Assembly (NCBI GenBank): GCA_009785865.1
Contig: WQVL01000001.1
Location: forward strand, 58,383 to 122,382
Reading direction: 5' to 3'
Source: Oscillospiraceae bacterium
Lineage (GTDB): Bacteria; Bacillota; Clostridia; TANB77; CAG-508
DNA: 64,000 nt
The stretch's first letter is position 1; each line of letters begins with the position of its first letter. This document shows, one piece after another, positions 11,448 through 21,698 of this stretch. The translations under genes and the position numbers were made by a program. The notes below the pieces were generated by a model. The model was not told the origin of the DNA, ran no database searches, and was given only the letters and a program-made list of their open reading frames with translations.

Positions 11448-12257
11448 TTATTCTACAAAAAATGGAGTCTTCTCACGCTTATGCTGGGAAGATAAAATTT
11501 TGTTTTCGATCAATTTATCGGATTCAGAAGAACCTGAAGTGCTAGTTAAAATATAGTTATCTATTTCAGCGTATGTTAGTCCCAATTCTTCTTCGTCTGT
11601 TTGTCCTATCCATAAGTCAGCGGAGGGTTTTGCTGATATAATACTAACTGGTATTTGTAAGAAATCAGCAAGAATATATATTTCTGTTTTTGTTAATAGT
11701 AAAACAGGGTTAATGTCAGCCATGTCGCCCCATTTTGTAAAATATCCGAGCATATATTCAGATAAATTAGTAGTGCCGATAACCAGTCTGTCATGTATCT
11801 GAGCAAATTGGTAAGAATATTTTGTTCTTTCGCGAGGTCTTAAGTTAGCTCTTGCAAGTGAAATGTTGCTTAGATTGCATCCTACTAAAAGAGGTGAGTC
11901 TTCGTGAATTGTTGAAGAATCAATACTTGGCTTAATATCATGGACATGATAATCAAAACTAAAAGTATGAATTAGGTCTAGTGCTCGAGTCATAGCTTCT
12001 GAATTTTCTTCTGTCCTTCCATATGGCATCACTATAAGGTGAACTGGAACGTCAGCAAGCTGGCAAAGTCTAGCAACAACTGCGCAGTCTATTCCTCCAG
12101 ACATGCCAAGAACAAGGCCTTTTGAATTAGCTTTTTCTACTTCGCCTCTAATCCAATTCGCAATTTTTTGTGCATATGACTCTACATTTTGCTTTGTAAT
12201 AACAAAGTTTTTATCTTTTATCATATTTACAAACCTCCTGTATGTTATAAGGAACAC
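11448..12257 (-). CDS. nadE: NH3-dependent NAD+ synthetase
   Basis: 269 aa with SGGIDCAV PP-loop. Confidence 0.85.
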   Translation of the reverse strand: MFLITYRRFVNMIKDKNFVITKQNVESYAQKIANWIRGEVEKANSKGLVLGMSGGIDCAVVARLCQLADVPVHLIVMPYGRTEENSEAMTRALDLIHTFSFDYHVHDIKPSIDSSTIHEDSPLLVGCNLSNISLARANLRPRERTKYSYQFAQIHDRLVIGTTNLSEYMLGYFTKWGDMADINPVLLLTKTEIYILADFLQIPVSIISAKPSADLWIGQTDEEELGLTYAEIDNYILTSTSGSSESDKLIENKILSSQHKREKTPFFVE

Positions 12258-12283
12258 AGAATCGCTTTCGCTAAATTCTGCAC

Positions 12284-12323
12284 AACTTATTTCTGCGCAT
12301 CAAAGATACTAGAACTAAGAAAA
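12284..12323 (+). repeat. Copy A of a 40-bp dispersed hairpin repeat (aacttatttctgcgcatcaaagatactagaactaagaaaa)
   Basis: Near-identical to 32334-32373 and 61428-61467. Confidence 0.6.
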
Positions 12324-12369
12324 TTATATAACAACCTTGTGCAATATGCAACAGTAAAGGTTTCAGTAA

Positions 12370-13148
12370 TTACGATCCTAATTTAAATCCAATTAACAGA
12401 CAAATTAAGAATAAAAGAATGGAAATAGCGCCTTCCATCGTCAAACTAAATCCAGGATATAAAACAAAGAGGGAGCCTAGGATGAAACCGATAATCGCAA
12501 AATAAGTATGAGATTTTACATACTTAAATAAAAAGTGTATTAATACCAAGCAAAGCAAAGAACCAAAGATTAAGCCGGTTCCCATAGGAATTAAAATAGA
12601 AAAATTGAGAGTTGCAATAGCTGCTAAATATGTTTCGTAAATTCCAAAAAGCATTAAAATAACGGTTTGGCTAACTCCAGGAATTACTATACCTGCTGAC
12701 ATCACAAACCCGAGTAGAAAGTAAGTAACCGGAGGCTAAAAGATGCAGAACACATATTAGAAAAATGTTCTAGTGTAGCTAAATATATACTAAGTGAAAG
12801 AGTGACTATTAAGCACATAATATGAGAAATAGAGATTTCAGTAATCTCACTTTTTTTAATTACAAGAGGTAAGGAACCTAAAATAAGTCCCATAAATGCA
12901 AAGCTTGTTGGAATATTGAAATTAACAAATACAAATTTTAATATATTACTGAATATAAGGATACCTACAAAAGCGCCAAAAAGTATGGGGAACAAAAACT
13001 TAGTGTTACCTTTAATGTCTTTAAAAAAATTCAAAATAGAATCAACTAGTTTTTCATAAATTCCGAAAGCCACACAGAAAACACCGCTACTAATACCAGG
13101 AAGTATTGCTCCTGAGCCAATTAGAATACCAGTAATAAAATTCTTCAT
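12370..13148 (-). CDS. DUF368-family membrane protein (candidate undecaprenyl-phosphate translocase, duplicated halves); hops at 12731 and 12712 (plus-strand coordinates)
   Basis: Minus-strand ORFs 12702-13148 and 12370-12705 join: ...SASFSL[G]YLLST[G]FVMSAGIVIPGVSQTV...; both skipped Cs belong to in-frame CGG on the minus strand. Confidence 0.7.
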
Positions 13149-13256
13149 ACAAAATCACCTAATTAATTTATATGAAGAATTTTATGGACCATGCACTTTT
13201 CTTTTTTCGCAACATATAATCTCATATATATGAAAATGGAAAGGTGAGGTGCGTGG

Positions 13257-13963
13257 ATGCTAGCATTATACATGTCAGGTTTTTTGGCTTTCTTAAGTAC
13301 AGCTGTTTTTGTTGTGGGGTATGTATCAAATAACAGTTTGTTTCCTGAACCACTTACTCTGGAAGAAGAAAGTGAATGCTTAGAAAGATATATGCGGAGG
13401 AGATGAAGAAGCAAGGAACATACTAATAGAGAGAAATTTAAGACTAGTAGCACACATATGCAAAAAATATAATGTTAGTAATGTGGATGCAGATGATTTA
13501 ATTTCTATAGGAACAATAGGATTAATAAAAGGAATAAATACATTTAAGGTAGATAAGAATGTTAGGCTTTCTACGTACGTCGCGAGATGTGTGGATAACG
13601 AGGTTTTGATGTTTCTAAGAAGCAATAAGAAAACGGGCTCAGAAGTATACTTAAATGAACCTATAGGAAAAGATAGAGATGATAATGAAATTTCTTTAAT
13701 AGATGTATTGGTAAATGATGAAAAAAACATTGAAGATGAAATAGATTTGAAGATGAGGATAAAAAGACTTTATGAAGGGATGAAAGACATATTAAAAGGT
13801 AGAGAACGAACAATATTAGAATTAAGATTTGGACTTCGGTGGCGAAAAAGAGAAAACGCAGAATCAAATAGCAGAAATGATGGGGATTAGCAGAAGCTAT
13901 GTAAGTAGAATAGAGAAGAAAGCAATAAACAAATTAAACGAAAAATTAGCAGAAGAATTGTAA
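13257..13963 (+). CDS. sigK: Sporulation sigma factor, pro-sigma-K-like (membrane pro-sequence + sigma-70 regions 2-4); hops at 13395 and 13837
   Basis: [46 protein letters not shown][G][50 protein letters not shown]...ELRFGL[G][40 protein letters not shown]; resembles B. subtilis pro-SigK. Confidence 0.8.
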
Positions 13964-13967
13964 TACC

Positions 13968-13996
13968 TCTTGACGCATCATTCCGTTTGCGGTATA
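13968..13996 (+). promoter_or_regulatory. Sigma-A-type promoter TTGACG-17-TATAAT inside an inverted repeat (cctcttga...tcaagagg), upstream of fic
   Basis: ttgacgcatcattccgtttgcggtataat. Confidence 0.5.
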
Positions 13997-14018
13997 ATAT
14001 ATCAAGAGGTGAAATTTT

Positions 14019-14949
14019 ATGAAATATATTACAATTAAAGAAGCTTCAGAACTTTGGAATATAAGCGAAAGAAGAATTAGGCAATTAATTCAAGACGAAA
14101 GAATAGAAGGGGCTATTAAGGTGGGCACTACTTGGAGCATACCAAAAGATGTCTCAAAACCTATTGATAAAAGAGTGAAGCTAGAAGAAAATGATTTTAT
14201 AATTGACATATCTGAAAACTTTTTTGATGAAATAGATAGAAAGAAGAAAGTGTTAGACAGTAAAAGACCTTTGCCAAGAGAAACAGTAAATTCTTTAAGA
14301 GAAAATTATATATTAGATTGGACTTATAACTCTAATGCCATTGAAGGAAACACATTGACGTTAATAGAAACAAAAGTTGTTCTTGAGGGAATTACAATTG
14401 GGGGAAAATCTATGAGAGAGCATTTAGAGGTAATTAATCATAAAGAGGCAATAGAATATGTAGAAGAATTAGTAAAACAAAAAAAAGAAATATCAGAATT
14501 TGATATTAGAAGTATTCATGGACTTGTATTAAAAGGTATTGATGATGATATAGCGGGAGTATATAGAACCGGGCAGTTTGTTATTTCTGGTGCTACACAT
14601 ATTCCACCAGCAGGAATGTTGGTTAATGAAAAAATGGAGCAATTAATTATTAGATATAATGAATGGTGTGAGAAATATCATCCTTTAATAGTTGCTACTC
14701 TATTGCATGGAGAATTTGTTAAAATACATCCTTTTGGAGATGGCAATCGGAAGAACATCAAGATTAATTATGAACTTTGAGGCAATAAAACATGGTTATA
14801 CACCTATTATTATAAAGAACGAAATAAGAAGTAAATATTATGAGGCATTGGATAAAGCGCATACAACATTTGACTATACAGATTTTGTTAAAATGGTAGC
14901 AAATTCTTGTGAAGAATCACTTGACTTATATTTAAAAGTAATAGGATAA
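14019..14949 (+). CDS. fic: Fic/DOC-family protein (N-terminal HTH + Fic domain); hop at 14748 restores the Fic motif
   Basis: ORFs 14019-14780 and 14692-14949; skipping C of in-frame aat-CGG-aag gives HPFGDGNGRTSRLIMNFE, the canonical HxFx(D/E)GNGRxxR. Confidence 0.8.
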
Positions 14950-15039
14950 GGAGTAAAAATAGACATCTATGGTAAATGCCTATTTTATGCGCAATATTAT
15001 TTATGGATTAATAATTTTGTTTTGCTCATAACACCGATG

Positions 15040-15107
15040 CTATGTAAATAGAATAGAGAAGAAAGCTATAAATAAGTTAAGTGAAAAATTGGCGGAAGAA
15101 TTGTAGA
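15040..15107 (+). pseudogene. Orphan duplicated 3' fragment of a sigma-factor gene (..[21 protein letters not shown])
   Basis: About 80% identical to sigK 3' end 13895-13963; no upstream ORF. Confidence 0.5.
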
Positions 15108-15191
15108 AGCATACATAAAAACAAAGTGTCTTTGAAAAATTAATCAAAGACACTTTGTTTTAACGTTTTAACAGTGGTTAGGCTGAATAGT

Positions 15192-15986
15192 TTAAGCTGC
15201 AGGTTTTGTTAGCTTAAACAACCCACTTTGGCGTTGCCTGATAAATTTAGAATCCGTGCTTCCGTTAACCGTGACATGATCAAAGGAGAGTGCAGGACGT
15301 TTTGTTATTATCTCTTGATGCCAACAACCAGGCAAATAATAGCCGGCCTGGAAAGGTAAACTTGGCTCAGTTGAATTTGCTAATACCCGTAGTTTCCCTC
15401 CGTATGGAGAGCGGTCTCCAACTAACTCAATCTTTCCGGCAGAAGTGTTTGTAGAGTGAGTTGACTCGCCAAAAATATCGAGATACTGTCCATCTGGATT
15501 AGAAAACTGATATCCAGTAAGTTCTTTAAATGTAGCGAGGTGGCGTTGCAAGACAAACGCGCTTAAAGCAATATAATCCCGCTCATTGAAAGATTCGCTA
15601 GCATGTAAAACATCGTACTCGTTACCTTCTTGAATCCATTCGAGTGCGGATAATCCTGTCACCAATTCTCGGCCTGCAATGCTACCTCGTTTACCAGGTG
15701 TATCGGTATCAGTAACTTGCAATACTCCCCATATAGGAGAAAGGCCTTCCCTAAGAACTTCCGTGTATAATTCCCAAAACTTAGTATGGATAGGATTTGT
15801 GTCAACAAAGTAATCTTTAATTACTATCCATACGCCATCTAAGGTCAGGCAATTAAGAGGAAGGTAGGGATAAACACTTTTATCTATCCGCTTTGCTTGC
15901 CACACCCCATTCTTTAGGGGTAGCAGATTGTGGTTGGATAATGAAAAATCTATGTTTCCACCACAAATGTCCACTGCTTTTTTCAT
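15192..15986 (-). CDS. Hypothetical protein (cassette b)
   Basis: 264 aa; markedly higher GC. Confidence 0.4.
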   Translation of the reverse strand: MKKAVDICGGNIDFSLSNHNLLPLKNGVWQAKRIDKSVYPYLPLNCLTLDGVWIVIKDYFVDTNPIHTKFWELYTEVLREGLSPIWGVLQVTDTDTPGKRGSIAGRELVTGLSALEWIQEGNEYDVLHASESFNERDYIALSAFVLQRHLATFKELTGYQFSNPDGQYLDIFGESTHSTNTSAGKIELVGDRSPYGGKLRVLANSTEPSLPFQAGYYLPGCWHQEIITKRPALSFDHVTVNGSTDSKFIRQRQSGLFKLTKPAA

Positions 15987-16345
15987 AGTCTCAAGTCCTT
16001 TCGAGATATAATTCGAGCAAACAGCGCTCTTTGAGGCTAATCATAGCAGAGATTCACATAATATACAAGCGAAGAAGAAGGTTACAAATAATTTAAGTGA
16101 AAAACATTGACTTTTTTATGTGAATATGGTATTATATTTAGTTTGTGTTTTTATGCAAATTGTGATATAATTAGAGTAACAAATCCTTGGTAGGACACAT
16201 ATATTTTTCGTCTCTATCACTCCATCAGTGTACTTTTGGAGGCAGACGAAAGCGTAGCCCATAGGCTACAAAGCACTATATCTTGTTAGTAGAACCCCTT
16301 CCGGGGATAACAAAAGGGCAAAGCCCAAATCTAAGGAGGCCACAA

Positions 16346-16822
16346 ATGGCAGACGAAAAAAACATGCAACAAATGACAGAACTATTCGACGCGATCGTAG
16401 AATTCGCGTTCGAAAAGGTAATGGTACAAAAGCTTCCAAAAGGTTCGGTAATTGCATTAGCAGCAAAGCCGAACGACCTAACAGGAAAGCAATACCTTTT
16501 ATCCGACTTTCATGGCGTGTACTTCGCCATATATAAGACGGAAGGCAATCTGTACAAGTTTTACAACCACCAGCTTATCTTGAGCGGTGCTGTCCGGATA
16601 GAAGCAGAAAACCCAGATGGCAGTTCGTTGCTAAAGGTCTGGGCACCAACGATTCCATGCTATAGGGAAGGCAATATGGGATCGCCGTTCCTGAATGGGT
16701 TCACCTTCTTTGGTATGAGGCATTTCGATATGTTTAGGGAAAGCATTGGGGAGAAGTTTGCCTACAAAACAAAACTGATACTTGAACCCGAAGATTATGA
16801 CAAGGCAATTGCAACAACGTAA
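16346..16822 (+). CDS. Hypothetical protein (cassette b); in-frame CGG = Arg (SGAVRIEAEN)
   Basis: RBS aaggagg; about 200-nt structured leader; TTGACT-17-TATTAT promoter near 16108-16140. Confidence 0.45.
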   Translation: MADEKNMQQMTELFDAIVEFAFEKVMVQKLPKGSVIALAAKPNDLTGKQYLLSDFHGVYFAIYKTEGNLYKFYNHQLILSGAVRIEAENPDGSSLLKVWAPTIPCYREGNMGSPFLNGFTFFGMRHFDMFRESIGEKFAYKTKLILEPEDYDKAIATT

Positions 16823-16865
16823 TATCTGAGGGTTGCAAGCTTACTCTGACAGGAGGTGGGGCTTA

Positions 16866-16911
16866 AAAAGATAGGGTGTATGTAGAATTTTACATACATC
16901 CTATCTTTTTG
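16866..16911 (+). terminator. Rho-independent terminator
   Basis: aaagatagggtgtatgta-loop-tacatacatcctatcttttt. Confidence 0.6.
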
Positions 16912-17100
16912 CTATTTAAAAGCGTGTATCAAAATTGGACATGTATATTGGGGGGGAGATTATCATAAATGAATCCGTCAAAAATCGTTGTTTTTTGAGT
17001 AATTCTCTTGCATAAAAAGTACAGATATAATACAATATACATGAACTTCAAAGCCTGCTAAAAGGAAGGTTTTATTACAAATGAGAAGGAGTTGATGTAA

Positions 17101-18501
17101 ATGCCAAACATTAAATTAGATTATAGGTATTCAGGCATACTAGAAAAAGAGATAATGAAAAAATCAATGGAAGTTAAAGCAGTGCATAGTGAATTATGCG
17201 AAATGGCGAAAGATAAAGACGAATTCGCAGGTTGGCTGACACTTCCTATTAAATATGATAAAAAAGAATTTGAAAGAATAAAAGAAGTTGCGGATAAAAT
17301 AAGGAAAGATTCAGATGTATTTCTAGTTATAGGAATTGGTGGATCGTATTTAGGAGCCAGAGCTGTTATTGAGTCATTGGCGAGTTCTTTTTCGAACTTG
17401 TTGGATGCAAAAGAAAGAAAAGCTCCACAAGTTCTCTATGTTGGAAATAATCTAAGCCCAAACTATATAAATGAACTAATAGAAGCGATACGGAAATAAA
17501 GATATTTCTATTAATGTAATATCTAAGTCAGGGACAACTACTGAATCGGCAATTGCATTTAGAATATTTAGAGAATATCTAGAAACTAAATATGGAATTG
17601 AAGAAGCTAGAGAAAGAATATATGTCACAACAGACAAGAAAAAAGGAGCATTAAAGAAACTTGCCAAAGAAGAGGAATACGAAACTTTTGTAATACCAAA
17701 TAATATAGGTGGAAGATATTCTGTGCTTACAGCTGTTGGACTATTGCCAATAGCTGTAAGCGGACTGGATATAGATAGATTGATGAAAGGCGCAGGTATT
17801 GGAAAATCAAAATATGTAGATGACAATTTAAAATATAATGATTGTTATAAATATGCTGTAATAAGGAACATACTATATGAAAAAGGTAAAACCATAGAAA
17901 TATTGGCAAACTACGAACCTAAAATGAATTCTATTACAGAATGGTGGAAACAACTATATGGTGAAAGTGAAGGAAAAGATGGGAAAGGAATATTCCCGGC
18001 AGGAGTAATATACACAACAGACCTACACTCAATGCGGACAATATATTCAAGATGGCAAAAGAAAATTGTTTGAAACTGTTTTAAATATACAAAACAGTAA
18101 AACTGATATGGTAATAAAAAGAGATGAAGATGATATAGATGGGTTAAACTTTTTGGCCCGGACAAACCATATCACATGTAAATAAAATGGCTATGGAAGG
18201 AACTCTTCAAGCACATGTGTCAGGAGGGGTGCCTAATATAGTTATCAACATAAAAGACTTGAGTGAAGAATCAATAGGCGAATTAATATATTTCTTTGAA
18301 TTGGCTTGTGCTATGTCAGGGAAGTTGCTGGGAGTAAACCCATTTGATCAACCAGGAGTGGAAGAATATAAGGACAATATGTTTAGATTATTAGGAAAAC
18401 CGGGTTATGAAGCAAAAGAAGATACAAAAACAAAATCTAAATCAAAAAAAGAAGAAAAACCTAAAAAAAGAGGCAGACCGAAAAAAGAGAAGAAAAATTA
18501 A
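17101..18501 (+). CDS. pgi: Glucose-6-phosphate isomerase; hops at 17491, 18035, 18159; lysine-rich C-terminal tail
   Basis: ORFs 17101-17499, 17723-18073, 18187-18501 join: ...LIEAI[G][22 protein letters not shown]...DLHSM[G][40 protein letters not shown][G][22 protein letters not shown]...; tail [24 protein letters not shown]. Confidence 0.85.
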
Positions 18502-18526
18502 GTGTTAATTGTGGGAGAAATGTGTG

Positions 18527-19139
18527 ATGTCAAATTTTAAGAGGTCTAATATTAAAATACCAAATATTAAAATTCCAGATGCTAAAACAATAATAGGAAT
18601 AATTGTTTTGGTTATCATAGTGATTCTAATTATTGTGCGGAATTATCATGATGAATAGGCAAAGTGAAGAGATGAGTCCTGAAGAAATAGAACAATTAGT
18701 AATAGCTGAATTAGAATACATGTTATACAGGCAATACAGGAGACAGGTACTTAATATTATGACAGAGGATGAATTTAATAACTTTGTAGAAGAAAGAATT
18801 GATGGACTATTATATATGCAAATCTTCATGCATAGAGAAGCTACAAATGAAGAAATAAACAGGCTTGGAGAAGAACTGCTGTCAATAGAGGGGATAAATC
18901 ATGGTAGACTTATAACATCAGAAGAGGCTTTTGAAATTATGCGTGAAAGACTTGGAGCAAGACAACATCTAATGACTGGTTTGGAAGCGACAATGTTTCC
19001 GCCCTCGTATGTAGTAAGAATAGAAAAACTTTTCGTATTTAGAGATGTCTATCACAAAGTAAACGAACTTGAAAATATAGATTATATTACATCACAGTAT
19101 AATTTAATACAAGAAGCATTTTCAAATATAAATAGATAG
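18527..19139 (+). CDS. Membrane-anchored protein of unknown function; hop at 18638
   Basis: MSNFKRSNIKIPNIKIPDAKTIIGIIVLVIIVILIIV[G]IIMMNRQSEEMSPEEIEQ... joins ORF 18633. Confidence 0.5.
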
Positions 19140-19153
19140 TATAGGAGAAAATA

Positions 19154-19756
19154 ATGTTAGTATCAATAGGAAGCAGAAGCATACCAAAAATAATAGCAAT
19201 AACTAGAGGCTTTTCTAAGTATCCAGAATTATGGATGGACAACGAAGAGAGTCTTGAATTTGTGATCATGCCAAAAGAAGAAAGAAAAGACGAGTGTCAA
19301 GGTCAAGAAAAAGACAAGTTTTCGGGAGTTTCATGTAACCCGTTAACTTTAGGTGAAACAATAAATGGAGCAAAGACAAGAGCAAAAAATGCATTTGAGT
19401 ATGCAAAGGAGAGTAATCGAACGTGCACGTATGGCGTGGGAATAGAAGCAGGAATGTATCCAGTTCCTGAAGTAGATACAAAATTTATGGATACAAGTAT
19501 ATGTGCCATATATGATGGCGAAAAATATTACATAGGCTTTAGCCCATCTTTTGAGTATCCACAAACAGTGGTAGATAGAGTCCTTGAAGGTGAAGAACTA
19601 GGATTCATGGAAGATATATTTGGCAGTACAGCGAAAGGAAGAAAAGGAGCGATAGGTGTTTTGACTGCTGGAAGAGTCTATAGGGACGAATTAGAAGAGT
19701 ATGCTGTAATAATGGCGCTTACAAAGATTGCGGCCAAAGAAGTTTATGATAAATAA
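19154..19756 (+). CDS. YjjX-family non-canonical NTPase (ITPase/XTPase)
   Basis: GAKTRAKNAF and GRKGAIGVLTAGRVYRDELEEYAVIMAL resemble E. coli YjjX. Confidence 0.6.
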   Translation: MLVSIGSRSIPKIIAITRGFSKYPELWMDNEESLEFVIMPKEERKDECQGQEKDKFSGVSCNPLTLGETINGAKTRAKNAFEYAKESNRTCTYGVGIEAGMYPVPEVDTKFMDTSICAIYDGEKYYIGFSPSFEYPQTVVDRVLEGEELGFMEDIFGSTAKGRKGAIGVLTAGRVYRDELEEYAVIMALTKIAAKEVYDK

Positions 19757-19774
19757 GAGAAAGAAGGAAATAAT

Positions 19775-21673
19775 ATGATAAATATAAAATTAAAAGACGG
19801 TTCGATTATGGAAGCCCAAGAGGGACTTTCAGTATTAGATATTGCAAGTAAAATTAGCGAAGGATTAGCAAGAGTAGCTACTGCGGGAGAAGTAAATGGA
19901 GAAGTATGTGACCTAAGAACAGTATTAAAGCAAGATTGTGATTTAAACATATTAACTTTTGACAGTTTAGATGGAAAGAAAGCGTATTGGCATACAACAG
20001 CACATATTTTAGCTCAAGCAGTAAAGAGATTATATCCAGAAATAAAATTAGGGATAGGTCCATCAATAGACAATGGATTCTACTATGATTTCGATATTGA
20101 ATCTCCTTTTACTCCTGAAATGTTGGAAAAAATAGAAGCTGAAATGAAAAAAATCATTAAAGAAGATTTGCTGATTGAAAGATTTAGTTTACCAAAAAAA
20201 GAAGCATTAGAGTTTATGAAGGAAGACCCATATAAAGTGGAGTTAATAGAAGAACTTCCAGAAGGAGAAGAAATCTCTTTCTATAAGCAAGGAGACTTTA
20301 CTGACCTTTGTGCAGGTCCTCATTTAATGTCTACAGGGAAAGTAAAAGCTATAAAGCTACTTACTTCATCAGGTGCGTATTGGCGCGGAAGTGAAAATAA
20401 CAAGATGCTTCAAAGGATTTATGGAATATCATTCCCTAAATCGTCAGAACTTGAAGAGTATGTAAACATGATTGAAGAAGCTAAAAAACGAGATCATAGA
20501 AAACTAGGAAAAGAATTAGACTTATTTATGGTTTTAGAAGAGGGACCGGGATTTCCATTTTTCTTACCAAAAGGAATGACTCTTAGAAACACATTAGAAA
20601 GTTTTTGGAGAAAAAAACATATCGAGCATGGATATGAAGAAATAAAAACACCTATTAAGTTGAATGTAGATTTGTGGCATAGATCAGGACATTGGGATCA
20701 CTATAAGGAAAATATGTACATCACACAAATAGATGAAACAGAATTTGCTATGAAACCTATGAATTGTCCTGGTGGAATGCTTGTATATAAAAGAAAAATG
20801 CATTCATATAGGGATTTCCCAATGAGAGTTGGTGAATTAGGGTTAGTGCATAGACATGAAAAATCAGGAGTATTACATGGACTTATGAGAGTAAGAGCAT
20901 TTACTCAAGATGATGCACATATATTCTGCCTGCCAGAGCAGATAGAATCAGAAGTTACTGAATTAATGAGCCTAATAGATGAAATATATAAATTGTTTGG
21001 TTTTGAATATTCAGTTGAATTATCAACAAGACCAGAAAATTCAATGGGAAGTCAAGCGGAATGGGATTTAGCTACAGAAGCTCTTAAACAAGCTTTAGAT
21101 TCAAAGAATGTAAATTATGTTATAAACGAAGGTGATGGAGCATTCTATGGGCCTAAAATTGATTTCCATCTAAAAGATAGTATAGGTAGAACATGGCAAT
21201 GTGGAACAATACAATTAGATTTCCAAATGCCAGAGAAGTTTGATTTAACATATATAGGTCAAGATGGAGAAAAGCATAGACCAGTTATGCTTCATAGAGT
21301 TGTATTTGGAAGTATAGAAAGATTTATTGGTATAATAACAGAGCATTTTGCAGGAGCATTTCCAGTGTGGCTTGCACCAGTTCAAGTAAAAATACTACCA
21401 ATTGCAGAAGCGCATGTAGATTATGCTTATGAACTAAAGAAAAAGTTTGAAAAAGCTGATATAAAAGTAGAAATAGATTCAAGAGAAGAAAAAATAGGAT
21501 ATAAAATTAGAGAAGCGCAACTAGAGAAAGTTCCATATATGCTAATTGTTGGAGACAAAGAAGTAGAAAACAAAGCAGTTGGAGTGCGTTCAAGAACTGA
21601 TGGAGATATTGGCGCAATGGACGTAAACAAATTTATGGATAAGATTGAAGAAGAGGTTGCAAGTTTTAAATAA
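19775..21673 (+). CDS. thrS: Threonyl-tRNA synthetase
   Basis: 632 aa, TGS + class II core + anticodon-binding domain; no in-frame CGG. Confidence 0.9.
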   Translation: MINIKLKDGSIMEAQEGLSVLDIASKISEGLARVATAGEVNGEVCDLRTVLKQDCDLNILTFDSLDGKKAYWHTTAHILAQAVKRLYPEIKLGIGPSIDNGFYYDFDIESPFTPEMLEKIEAEMKKIIKEDLLIERFSLPKKEALEFMKEDPYKVELIEELPEGEEISFYKQGDFTDLCAGPHLMSTGKVKAIKLLTSSGAYWRGSENNKMLQRIYGISFPKSSELEEYVNMIEEAKKRDHRKLGKELDLFMVLEEGPGFPFFLPKGMTLRNTLESFWRKKHIEHGYEEIKTPIKLNVDLWHRSGHWDHYKENMYITQIDETEFAMKPMNCPGGMLVYKRKMHSYRDFPMRVGELGLVHRHEKSGVLHGLMRVRAFTQDDAHIFCLPEQIESEVTELMSLIDEIYKLFGFEYSVELSTRPENSMGSQAEWDLATEALKQALDSKNVNYVINEGDGAFYGPKIDFHLKDSIGRTWQCGTIQLDFQMPEKFDLTYIGQDGEKHRPVMLHRVVFGSIERFIGIITEHFAGAFPVWLAPVQVKILPIAEAHVDYAYELKKKFEKADIKVEIDSREEKIGYKIREAQLEKVPYMLIVGDKEVENKAVGVRSRTDGDIGAMDVNKFMDKIEEEVASFK

Positions 21674-21698
21674 AGCATAAAAGCATAGTGAAAATTTT

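Noticed and set aside
12103-12386. ORFs 12103-12312 and 12189-12386 (+)
   Set aside because: They are antisense to or overlap nadE and the nadE upstream region, and they contain repeat copy A.
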